Shown: one piece after another, positions 1-9,126 of the stretch
Layout: every line of letters begins with the position of its first letter
Numbering within the stretch: the stretch's first letter is position 1
Virus record (IMG/VR): IMGVR_UViG_3300027985_000282
Location: 2,050 to 66,049 of that record
Length of the DNA: 64,000 bases
Direction: 5' to 3' (one strand)
DNA from: a virus
Taxonomy: Duplodnaviria > Caudoviricetes
Translations under genes and position numbers: made by a program
Notes under the pieces: model-generated
The model's input: only the letters and a program-made list of their open reading frames with translations
What the model was told of the DNA's origin: nothing
Databases searched by the model: none

Positions 1-2622
1 ATTGTATACGTTGCTTTAGGCACGAATGACTTTGGGTTGAATAAGTATGCAACATTGCCATTGTTTGAGTCAGCATTATCAAGCCTTATTAATAACATAC
101 AGGTAGAGTGTCCAAATGCAAACATCATACTGCAAACACCTGTTATTAGGACTGATATAGCTGTTAATTCTTATGGGCATACATTGCAAGATTATAGAGA
201 CTCTATAATTGCAGTTGCAAACACATACTCACTACAAGTGATAAATGGGCTACAATTGATAAGCGATACAGATCTGCATACTGATTTATTACATCCAAGT
301 ACTAATGGGCATGTAGTATATGCAAACAATATAATATCATTGGGAACATTCTCAAGCAATGATGTCGTAACAACGCCTTTAGAAGCTACAGTTATAGGCA
401 CTCCTAATATCAACAATCTTACAATTACAAATGCGACATTGTCATTATTTCATACAGAAGACTACAGATTCTCAAATCATGCTAATACTGTAGGATATGC
501 AGTCGATGCTATCACTGGAGCAATTAAGCCAGTTAGTCAAGCTGTAGAAGGTGACACTGTCTATAATGGCAGGATCAGGCTTAATGCTGAAATAGCAAAT
601 TCTTGGTGTGGATTGTTTGATGGTCTAATCACTCTATCGCATCCAGACCTTACAGGAGTAGCAATTGATAGTTATCTTGGCACGGCTACTCCAAGCATCG
701 CTGGCAATATCATCAATGTTACCGCTGGGTATCTATACTATCTCAAGTTATCTGATGGTTCAGAGTATACTATAGCAGAAGGTAGTGGCAATAATATATT
801 TGACAAAATCAATGGTAGACATCTCGTTATAGTAGGTGCGACTCTTGAAACTTTCTGGAGTCCTACTGGTCCATATAGTCATAATTTGCTTAATGGATTT
901 AGCTTGAATAGTAACATTACAGCAGGTCGCATTCCTGCTGGGATGATGTACAACAAAGCTTCTATTGTTCCTGAAACGACTGCTAGAAAGCAGTATACCA
1001 CACATGACTATGATGGAGCTGAAGTTACTTGTGGTACTGGAGGCACATATGCAACATTGTCTGCAGCAATAGCTGCCGTTGCAAACAATGGAATAGTAAG
1101 GCTAGTGTCAGACGTTAATATCGACCTAGAACCATCAGGATATGTGCTTATCAATCTAGTAAAATCTTTCAAAATAGATGGTGGTAACTATACAGCTACA
1201 TCAACAAATGCTAATGTATACTGTATAAGAATAAGAACTGTAAGTACGTTAACAATTGAAAACCTAACGATACATTCTGTAGCAAGAGACCCAATTCTCA
1301 ATGAAACTGGGGTATATTCATATGATTCGGTAGTTAACATTGTAGGATGCACAATAACTTCTACTGCTGGGAACAGTAGTGGGGCTGGAGTAAAAATAAG
1401 CGGAACTGTATCAAAGTCATATATAAACATAGTTGACACAGTACTTGACGTAAACAACAATTATGGAATCTACAACTACAATAACCATCCTGAAACATAT
1501 CTGCTTATTGACAATTGTACTGTTAAAAAAGGGGCATATGGAAATGGTGCATCAATATTTTCTAGTAGCCTAACTAATGGCTGGACGTATGTATATGACA
1601 CAGAGGTATATCATAGATCAAATTCACCAATTGTTATAATTGGAACTGATACAGCGGTACCTACATTAGAGCAAAATGCTGATATAAGGGGTTGTAGCTT
1701 CTATTTATTAGATACCGTTCAGCACGGTTTATTGTTTGGCAGAGGCACAAAAAAGGTAATATGTCAAAACAACTCAATTTGGATGCAGGGGACTAGCAAT
1801 ACTGCTGCAATAGGCATAGTTGTGAAAACTATATCAGATAGCATAGATAAGAGTATTTTCTCTGGTAATAGCGTATTATCCATGAGAGCGATCTACATCA
1901 AAGGTGGCTCTAATAATATTATAGCAAACAACGTTGGAGTGTCTAATTCGTCTGGTGCGTTTGGGTATGGTATATCACTACTAAATACAATAGAAGCGGA
2001 TTTAGTCCCGCTTAACTGCAATAATAATACGATTCAAAATAATACGTTTGTGGGCACAAGCGTTGCTTTTGAAGCGTCAAACACTGTAGATACCGAAGCT
2101 ATATTGATAACATTGGCAACTTGCACTGTTGACAATAATACATACTATTCTAATGAAGACTATTATGCCAGAATCTCTGATGTCTTATATTTGTTTTCAC
2201 AGCGAGAAGAGGTATGGAGTCAAGACGTAAATAGCGTGTTTGCTGAATCAGAAAAAACACTTACTAAGTATGATGTATACTGGCAAGAACTGACTAACCC
2301 AGCAACTGGCTATCACAATGGTGCAGAATCTCAGATGACACTTCCTGAAGCTCCTGAGCTTATCAACGCTGACAAAGACTTCTGGTTTGATAGCGATGGA
2401 AATGCAGTTGCTAGAAGCATTGATGAGATTGTAACGCAAGATAGCTACTTCTTCGTTAACGAGTCTAAAGGGTATGTAACAGATATGCTGTATTACAGTG
2501 ATGATATAGAAAATGAGTGTTTGCTTAAAACACTTAGATATGTAAAAGACGTTATAACACTTGTAAGTGCTGATGATTACATACTTGTAAGTGCTGACGA
2601 TTATAGACTAATAGGGAGGTGA
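1..2622 (+). CDS. Tail spike/fibre, 5'-truncated: SGNH/GDSL esterase domain plus parallel beta-helix (pectate lyase-like) domain
   Basis: The frame is open from base 1 (IVYVALGTND, SGNH block III) and has DLLHPSTNGH (block V DxxH). Later, VTCGTGGTYATLSAAIAA is a typical beta-helix cap, followed by IxNN/IxxCT repeats. Confidence 0.75.
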   Translation: MVYVALGTNDFGLNKYATLPLFESALSSLINNIQVECPNANIILQTPVIRTDIAVNSYGHTLQDYRDSIIAVANTYSLQVINGLQLISDTDLHTDLLHPSTNGHVVYANNIISLGTFSSNDVVTTPLEATVIGTPNINNLTITNATLSLFHTEDYRFSNHANTVGYAVDAITGAIKPVSQAVEGDTVYNGRIRLNAEIANSWCGLFDGLITLSHPDLTGVAIDSYLGTATPSIAGNIINVTAGYLYYLKLSDGSEYTIAEGSGNNIFDKINGRHLVIVGATLETFWSPTGPYSHNLLNGFSLNSNITAGRIPAGMMYNKASIVPETTARKQYTTHDYDGAEVTCGTGGTYATLSAAIAAVANNGIVRLVSDVNIDLEPSGYVLINLVKSFKIDGGNYTATSTNANVYCIRIRTVSTLTIENLTIHSVARDPILNETGVYSYDSVVNIVGCTITSTAGNSSGAGVKISGTVSKSYINIVDTVLDVNNNYGIYNYNNHPETYLLIDNCTVKKGAYGNGASIFSSSLTNGWTYVYDTEVYHRSNSPIVIIGTDTAVPTLEQNADIRGCSFYLLDTVQHGLLFGRGTKKVICQNNSIWMQGTSNTAAIGIVVKTISDSIDKSIFSGNSVLSMRAIYIKGGSNNIIANNVGVSNSSGAFGYGISLLNTIEADLVPLNCNNNTIQNNTFVGTSVAFEASNTVDTEAILITLATCTVDNNTYYSNEDYYARISDVLYLFSQREEVWSQDVNSVFAESEKTLTKYDVYWQELTNPATGYHNGAESQMTLPEAPELINADKDFWFDSDGNAVARSIDEIVTQDSYFFVNESKGYVTDMLYYSDDIENECLLKTLRYVKDVITLVSADDYILVSADDYRLIGR
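2559..2604 (+). repeat. 24-bp-period tandem duplication encoding LVSADDY twice at the spike C-terminus
   Basis: acttgtaagtgctgatgattac at 2559 and acttgtaagtgctgacgattat at 2583. Confidence 0.9.
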
Positions 2623-3116
2623 GTTTGTCAATAGGAGAATATGCATTAGATAACGATGCTTCAGTAATAAAGCAAGCGTTAAATGATATAGTAAATCCAC
2701 CAAATGCAGGTATGCACGTAGTGTCACATGCAACAGTGTGTACATTGGCTAATACTGATTATCTGCTTGATAGCCATACATTGGCTTCTAGCACTAATGG
2801 AGCAACGCTTATAAATGGCGGTGGAACGCTTAAGTTCTCAGAGAAGTGCAGAATGCAAATGACTGGAAACTATAAGCTTGTAAGCTCTAGCAATACAGCA
2901 ACTGTGACTATAAAGTTAAAAAAGAATGGCATAGAGTTGTCAAATACAGAGTTTGACTTTACTCAGCTAGACTTGCATCAGTCTGCTGGAAAATCGTATG
3001 ACATAGATATAAATGTTGATGATGAGTTAGAAGTATATATAAGGTCATCTGTAGCTGGAGTGACAGTTACGATTGAGCAGCATTATATCAAACTAGCATT
3101 TATTAAACGTATATAA
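2619..3116 (+). CDS. Beta-rich virion/tail accessory protein (possibly C1q/BclA-like fold)
   Basis: 4-bp overlap with the upstream gene; beta-strand pattern [12 protein letters not shown]. Confidence 0.45.
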   Translation: MSLSIGEYALDNDASVIKQALNDIVNPPNAGMHVVSHATVCTLANTDYLLDSHTLASSTNGATLINGGGTLKFSEKCRMQMTGNYKLVSSSNTATVTIKLKKNGIELSNTEFDFTQLDLHQSAGKSYDIDINVDDELEVYIRSSVAGVTVTIEQHYIKLAFIKRI

Positions 3117-3127
3117 GGAGTGTCGTA

Positions 3128-3496
3128 ATGGAGAAATTATCAACTATACAAAAACAAGAGAATCTTAATGAGGTATTCTCTTCTGATGCTAAGCATAATG
3201 GTGTTAATTACAAATACGTGATAAGTGGAGGCGTGACAGGGCATGGTGAATACGCAGTTCGTGCTACTATAGAGTTTCAGAATGGAGCAAGAAAACTATC
3301 TACGTCTACACACGGAGTTGTAGATTCAGATTTGCTTGAAATAGTAAGACATAGGTTGCAGTGTTTTCAAAAAGGTGAATTTGCTACACGTGAAAACGCT
3401 ATAGCTTTGACGCACGTTGAAGAAGCTCTTATGTGGATGAATAAGCGTGTTGAGGATAGAATTGAGCGAAACGTGTTAGGCACAAACAACGTATAA
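3128..3496 (+). CDS. tad1: Tad1-family anti-Thoeris signalling-molecule sponge
   Basis: [39 protein letters not shown] and [28 protein letters not shown] match my recollection of Clostridium Tad1 along the full length. AAGGAG SD present. Confidence 0.9.
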   Translation: MEKLSTIQKQENLNEVFSSDAKHNGVNYKYVISGGVTGHGEYAVRATIEFQNGARKLSTSTHGVVDSDLLEIVRHRLQCFQKGEFATRENAIALTHVEEALMWMNKRVEDRIERNVLGTNNV

Positions 3497-3506
3497 GGAG
3501 TTATAG

Positions 3507-4097
3507 ATGGTAAAGATTAGAATACTTACAGATGAGGTCAAAAGCAATGGAGCATTGCTTGCCGAGTTAGGCAGGTATTTGGATACAGGAGGTTTAGATA
3601 GGAAGTTCAATGCTACTCCTTCAGATTGGTCAGAGTATGAATGTCCATTCCTTCATAAACAATTTGCACTACTAGCAAATAGCTACGGTAGTGACAAAGC
3701 TACTGTAAATGGATTTACAGGATGGATAGAGCTTGATGAGGCTGTATTCAATGAAGCCACTGTGCTTGGCTATAGCGTTAAAGAGAGATGTACTCATTAT
3801 GTCAAAGGTGGTAAAGCTTTCGTCTATATGGCAGTTATGACAATGGAGACTATTGTTTATGAGTCACAGCTAGTTGAGAACGATGATTATGATCCTAACG
3901 ATCCTAATAGCTCTGAGTTTATAATGAAGCAAGTTGGTAAATCTGCATATAGCAGACGCTCTGAGTCTACTGATGCTGAGTTTAGAGAATGGTTAGCATT
4001 GGTTAACCAAGATGCGAGCAATCTGTTTACTGATCCTAAAGAGATAGAGGAGAAGAAAACGCAGTACATTGATAACCAAGCAAGTTTGGAGGCGTAA
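3507..4097 (+). CDS. Hypothetical protein
   Basis: AAGGAG SD; tight packing in the operon. Confidence 0.6.
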   Translation: MVKIRILTDEVKSNGALLAELGRYLDTGGLDRKFNATPSDWSEYECPFLHKQFALLANSYGSDKATVNGFTGWIELDEAVFNEATVLGYSVKERCTHYVKGGKAFVYMAVMTMETIVYESQLVENDDYDPNDPNSSEFIMKQVGKSAYSRRSESTDAEFREWLALVNQDASNLFTDPKEIEEKKTQYIDNQASLEA

Positions 4098-4100
4098 CAG

Positions 4101-4817
4101 ATGATAGAGTTGGACAACCAAACAGTCTCTACTCTTGCAGCAGTATTTGCAGCATTTGCCGCATACAAAGGTACTGCGTGGAGCGTTGTAAAGCTAATAG
4201 CAAAGTTTGCAAAGAAAGCTGTACGTACAGATGACGCATATATTAGAGCATCACAGTGTGCACTTGCACAGCAGAAGCTGTTCGACGTACTAGATGTTAA
4301 GCTTGTAGAGATTAAGGATAGCCAAGACGCATTCCTTGCAGACGTTAAAGAGCTTATGAGGAAGAAAACATTTGAGGAAGAAGTACAGAGAAAGCATGAT
4401 GTTATAGTAGCAAACGCTGCTGCGTTTCTGCATGACAATAAAGGAGTCCATGACTTTGCCATTATTAAGGCTGAGAGACTAATGGACTTCGTAATGGCTA
4501 ACTACAGAACGATGTGGTCATCTAACTTTCAGTTATTCAAAGAGAAGGTGTATGCATTAGCACAATCTGTTAAAGACGAAGGTACTGTGTTAGCTGGGAA
4601 AGACTATACAGAGTTCTTCTATAACATGTATCATACAAGTAGTACAACCAAATACCTTAACGATGTTAAAGAGATATTCGCAGACAAAGTAAACAACAAG
4701 TCAGAGAGGTTCGTAGATGTATCATTGCTGTTTATGACCAGATTCTTATCAGATATGGTCAATGCATACAATGCATTTATACGTACGTCTCACGAGAGTT
4801 TTGAGGATAATAATTAG
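4101..4817 (+). CDS. Membrane-anchored protein, possible holin/antiholin
   Basis: N-terminal hydrophobic segment (TLAAVFAAFAAYKGTAWSVV) followed by basic residues; lies upstream of the endolysin. Confidence 0.4.
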   Translation: MIELDNQTVSTLAAVFAAFAAYKGTAWSVVKLIAKFAKKAVRTDDAYIRASQCALAQQKLFDVLDVKLVEIKDSQDAFLADVKELMRKKTFEEEVQRKHDVIVANAAAFLHDNKGVHDFAIIKAERLMDFVMANYRTMWSSNFQLFKEKVYALAQSVKDEGTVLAGKDYTEFFYNMYHTSSTTKYLNDVKEIFADKVNNKSERFVDVSLLFMTRFLSDMVNAYNAFIRTSHESFEDNN

Positions 4818-4823
4818 GAATGC

Positions 4824-4855
4824 ACAGCTAGGCTACATGTCTAGCTGTTTATTTT
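4824..4855 (+). terminator. Putative intrinsic terminator
   Basis: acagctag/ctagctgt stem followed by ttatttt. Confidence 0.5.
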
Positions 4856-4865
4856 AGGAGTATAT

Positions 4866-5321
4866 ATGCAAAGATTTCCAGAGTATTGGAATAGTATGAC
4901 AGCTAAAGAAAGTGAGATGCTTAACGGTGTTGGTCCAGGATGGTTGCCTAGCGTACTACATATAAATACTATATGGCTCTTAAACGTTAAGCAAATAGCG
5001 AACATACATGACTTTATGTATATCAGAGCTAAAGACATTGTAGAGAAGTTCTTAGCTGATGTGATATTCTTCAAGAACTTGCGAGATAGGATACGTGGAG
5101 CAGGATTTCCTGAGTGGTTGCGTATTAGGAGAGCAGTAGCGTACTTCGACTTAGTGCTTAAGCTAGGAGACATGTCTGTAGACTTTAGCGTTGATCTAGG
5201 TAAGAGAAGGCAAGAGATCATATACTGTGTTAGGCAATTAGGATTGGATACAGGTACTGACAATGCATCATGTGAAGAGTTGAGAGTTATTATTAATAGT
5301 ATAATAGAGGAGCATAAATGA
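4866..5321 (+). CDS. Phospholipase A2-like / DUF1353-like protein
   Basis: NGVGP...IHDFMY...K.LAD..F pattern (HDxxY catalytic motif plus downstream AD). Confidence 0.55.
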   Translation: MQRFPEYWNSMTAKESEMLNGVGPGWLPSVLHINTIWLLNVKQIANIHDFMYIRAKDIVEKFLADVIFFKNLRDRIRGAGFPEWLRIRRAVAYFDLVLKLGDMSVDFSVDLGKRRQEIIYCVRQLGLDTGTDNASCEELRVIINSIIEEHK

Positions 5322-5752
5322 AAGATATAATGGACACAGGGAATTACTTCAGTGATGCAGAGTTGCATCTATTAGATGCTAATGACATGCAGAAGCATAA
5401 TATGTACAACCTTAGAGATAAGATACTGAATCCAATAAGAAAACACTTCGGAAAGGCTATATACTGCACTTCTGGACATAGAAGCCCTGCTCACAATGCT
5501 AGAGTTGGAGGAGCTGCAGACTCTACTCATTTATGTGAGAACGGATACGCTGCTGCAGATATATCGTCTCCGCATGTAAAGATTATAGATTTATTTCATC
5601 ACATAAGACTTACATATCCGTATGCACAGCTTATACTAGAAGAGGATCAAGGTGTTATACATGTAGCACTTAACATAGAAGATGTTAAAAACTCTAAATA
5701 TATAGCAACAAGAAAGCTAGTGTACGAGGTATGGGATGAGAAGAAAGTTTAA
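5318..5752 (+). CDS. Peptidase M15A-type endolysin
   Basis: TSGHRSPAHNARVGGAADSTH...AADI...IHVA (Zn ligands H, D, H). Confidence 0.85.
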   Translation: MKDIMDTGNYFSDAELHLLDANDMQKHNMYNLRDKILNPIRKHFGKAIYCTSGHRSPAHNARVGGAADSTHLCENGYAAADISSPHVKIIDLFHHIRLTYPYAQLILEEDQGVIHVALNIEDVKNSKYIATRKLVYEVWDEKKV

Positions 5753-7700
5753 TAAGGTATTGCTACATGACGGTAGTAATAGATTGATACCTTCGAGCAT
5801 TACAGTAGGATACAAGTATATTAGGTACGATGTAGAGAGTATACTTTATGTGTACGGTGTTACAGGAGAGGAAAACTCTCCAGAGATTAAGGTTTTGCTA
5901 AGTGAGTATAAGCTTCCAAGACCTAAAGACAAAGATGGGAATTATACGCTATGGCTAACTAGTAGCACTGTAAAGCTTACAGATGTTAAGCAGATGTATT
6001 TATTAATAGAGGTGGACAATTCTGAGTGGATAGATATTAATGACATGCAAATAGGTGTATTAGAATCTTCTATCACTTCTAGTAATGTAGGAGACTCTAC
6101 TGGTAATTACGGTACAGAGTCGTTAGTTATTACATCTTTTAAGCTTAATAATGGAGAGATATTCAGCTCTAATCAGGGATGCCCTGTAAGCTTTACATCG
6201 TCTAGACCTCCTACACATTTTAGACTGTCAAAGCTGGAAAGCTTTGCGGATACTGAATGGACTATAATCAGTGCGTTTCCATCTGTTGTACAGCTATATA
6301 TTGCTGGTGTAAATACGTTTTACTTGCAAATAAAGGATAGTGAAGAGTTATCCAATGTTGCACATAGCAGTGTTGGTTGGCATGGAATGGAGGTATCATT
6401 CTGTGTAGACAATGTTGTATTCAATACCATAAGCATAACAGAAGAGGTTACAACACTTAAAATACCTGCATCTCCTGTAGGTTGTGAAGACAGTGTAACG
6501 ATGATTGCAATTGGAGTATCTGACTCTATAGACAGTCTTATATGTGGATATGAAATCGTGTTACCACTAGAAGATGTTGTTGCCCCTCCAGTTATTACTA
6601 GTGATAACGATGGCGTTACAGCAGTTTGCAGTGGATGTGATTCAATGACGTATACTACTAGCAATGAAGTATATATAGACTACAGTGTATATCCTCCAGT
6701 ACCTAAAGTGCTTAAACCCACAAAACCAACTCCTAGTAGCGATGTGTATACATCTGAGTTGATATTAGCAGCTCCTATGCATGTTGCAATAAGATCATGG
6801 GTAAATGGAATTGCAAGTGCTGTTGTATATAAAGAATTAACTAACTATGAGACTGTAGACGTTACTGAAGAGTCTGCAATTATAACAATGAGTCATAGCA
6901 ATCAAGATGTACGAATATTCTACGAATATAACGCTACTGAAATGCCTAGCGATGTAACGCTTAGTAGTAATGAATATACTGCTCCAATAGCTGCACAGAA
7001 TGGATATTATAGGGTGTCAGCGTATTACATGTCATCTTGGTCTCCAGAGTCTACACTATCATACAATGTATATCCTTCATATGCAGGAATACAGCAGTAC
7101 GAACATTTCGATGGCTCTACAGCTATGTCATTGAGTGGAAGTCCTACATATGGAGTTGGAAAGTGGAGCAATGCTATACAGGTTGACTATTCAGCATATG
7201 CGTATATTAGCAATGCTATCAACGATATAAATCAAGCGATTAACTTGTGGTTCTATACGTCTAGTGCAGACACTACAACTAGAACTGTGTTACATATAGG
7301 AAATGATTACAATGCTTACAAATTAGAGTGCATAGTTCGTAGTGGAAATGTAGTAGCTGTAAGAACTACTGACAGACTAGGTACTGTAAGAGAGTATACG
7401 ACTACAGTTAACGACGGATTCAGCATGCTAACAATTAGTATCAATACAGGCTGGGTGGATAAGAATAGATTTAAAGCATATGTAAATAGCAATGAAATGA
7501 TGAATAGTGGTGAAGGATTAGATGTTGCAGAGATAGCACATATGAGAGGTAATAACACAGTTATTACTATTGGTAGAGGTGTGACGGCTAATAGCAGTAC
7601 TGTAGGAATTGACGAATTTGTACTATGGAGTGATATTCACATAACTTATACAGATGTTGTTGTACTATATAATGATGGTAATGGATATTTAACACCTTAA
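5736..7700 (+). CDS. Tail-associated protein with Ig/Fn3-like modules and a C-terminal LamG/concanavalin-like domain
   Basis: Two chitobiase/Fn3-associated-like repeats (YIDY..PT.SS.VYT and IFYEY..SSNEYTAPI). C-terminus has GKWSNAI, AINLWF, KAYVN, IGR and IDEFVLW. Confidence 0.65.
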   Translation: MRRKFNKVLLHDGSNRLIPSSITVGYKYIRYDVESILYVYGVTGEENSPEIKVLLSEYKLPRPKDKDGNYTLWLTSSTVKLTDVKQMYLLIEVDNSEWIDINDMQIGVLESSITSSNVGDSTGNYGTESLVITSFKLNNGEIFSSNQGCPVSFTSSRPPTHFRLSKLESFADTEWTIISAFPSVVQLYIAGVNTFYLQIKDSEELSNVAHSSVGWHGMEVSFCVDNVVFNTISITEEVTTLKIPASPVGCEDSVTMIAIGVSDSIDSLICGYEIVLPLEDVVAPPVITSDNDGVTAVCSGCDSMTYTTSNEVYIDYSVYPPVPKVLKPTKPTPSSDVYTSELILAAPMHVAIRSWVNGIASAVVYKELTNYETVDVTEESAIITMSHSNQDVRIFYEYNATEMPSDVTLSSNEYTAPIAAQNGYYRVSAYYMSSWSPESTLSYNVYPSYAGIQQYEHFDGSTAMSLSGSPTYGVGKWSNAIQVDYSAYAYISNAINDINQAINLWFYTSSADTTTRTVLHIGNDYNAYKLECIVRSGNVVAVRTTDRLGTVREYTTTVNDGFSMLTISINTGWVDKNRFKAYVNSNEMMNSGEGLDVAEIAHMRGNNTVITIGRGVTANSSTVGIDEFVLWSDIHITYTDVVVLYNDGNGYLTP

Positions 7701-7709
7701 GGAGGTTAG

Positions 7710-9125
7710 ATGATAGAAGATATATTGAACTTCACCCCAGTAATGCTGTCGAATGAGGTTCATATAATGCTATACGACAAAGACATGAAGCTTAAGCATC
7801 GAGAGTCTGGATACAACATTGTAAGAGACTGGTACACATGGGCATTGAAGCTTAAGCAATGGAGAGACGTTAATAGGAAGTCAGAGAATGCTCATGTACG
7901 CAACTACTTTAGTGGCTTAGCAAATGCAGGTCACTTTGACAATATATACTTAACAGATCATACTGAGACTCCATCTGCTAGTGGAACTGGAATAGACTTC
8001 AATACTATGACACAAAGCAGGATTATAGGGTATGCTGTCAAACAGGATATGACTATAGGAGATTCTAAGAAAGGTACGATAGTCAAAGCAAAGTGTTATG
8101 AGACTAATAGTAAAGTTGTTAATGAGTTTCAGTGGGGTACTAATCAGTCTGTAGGGGCTATAAGATCAATACTGCATAGTAGAGTACCATATGCAAATAT
8201 GGACAGCGTGAACATTACAAACGTCTATTCATATTATGTACCACCATACAGCAGTAAGCAGATGTACAATGCTGCAAATATATCATGCAAGCCAAAGAGT
8301 CTAAGTAATGTTAATGGGTCAAACGGCATATGTGTGTTCAAGCTTAATGTATCTGGAGTAGACAGAAAGCTATACGTATCAGATATGATACTAGCTAACG
8401 ATGTGCTTACTATAACTGCTAAACCATTTGGCGATGGATCGTCAGAGATTCCTGATATTAATGTAGTATTTAACATTCCTTGGCAACCAAGCTTAATTGG
8501 TGGTTATACTCCTATATCTGTTGGCATTGTAGCGAATAATGGCACTGTGGTTGTTGTTGCAAGCGAGGATATTCGATACAGAAACTCTGTAATATTTAAG
8601 TCTACTGATAATGGCACAACATGGACTACTGGGTGGGAGCATGCGTATATTAAGGATACAATATGGTCAGATGGAGTGCATATATATGGTCAAACATGGA
8701 ACAATGGAAATGTATACAGGAAGCTCATTGCGGATATTCCAAATGGCGATAGTACAGATGGCTATGTGACACTAGATGGAAGGTATTGGCACTTTGATGG
8801 CAAGCTGAGAAATCATACTAGTTCTCATAAATGCGTTGATATTACAACAGTAGACTGGGATGCTCATACTCATGGAGGGTATATATATGAAAACTGTTCA
8901 ACAATGCCTCTTCTATATGGAGCCTCATCTGTTGTAGATGGTAAATTTTATGCAATTGTGTCAGCTACTCAAGATGGCGGTGGAAGTTCAAACGTGCTAA
9001 CTGAGATAGACTTGTCATCGCAGCCAGCATGGTATACTAGTCATTACAAACTTACAACTCCTATAGATAAAGCTGCTGAAGAAACGCTAATAATTCAGTA
9101 CGTGTTCAATGTGATAGGAGGCTAG
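7710..9125 (+). CDS. Tail/receptor-binding protein A (paralog of the next gene; contains an Asp-box)
   Basis: N- and C-termini similar to 9127..10572; Asp-box STDNGTTW. Confidence 0.6.
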   Translation: MIEDILNFTPVMLSNEVHIMLYDKDMKLKHRESGYNIVRDWYTWALKLKQWRDVNRKSENAHVRNYFSGLANAGHFDNIYLTDHTETPSASGTGIDFNTMTQSRIIGYAVKQDMTIGDSKKGTIVKAKCYETNSKVVNEFQWGTNQSVGAIRSILHSRVPYANMDSVNITNVYSYYVPPYSSKQMYNAANISCKPKSLSNVNGSNGICVFKLNVSGVDRKLYVSDMILANDVLTITAKPFGDGSSEIPDINVVFNIPWQPSLIGGYTPISVGIVANNGTVVVVASEDIRYRNSVIFKSTDNGTTWTTGWEHAYIKDTIWSDGVHIYGQTWNNGNVYRKLIADIPNGDSTDGYVTLDGRYWHFDGKLRNHTSSHKCVDITTVDWDAHTHGGYIYENCSTMPLLYGASSVVDGKFYAIVSATQDGGGSSNVLTEIDLSSQPAWYTSHYKLTTPIDKAAEETLIIQYVFNVIGG

Positions 9126-9126
9126 T

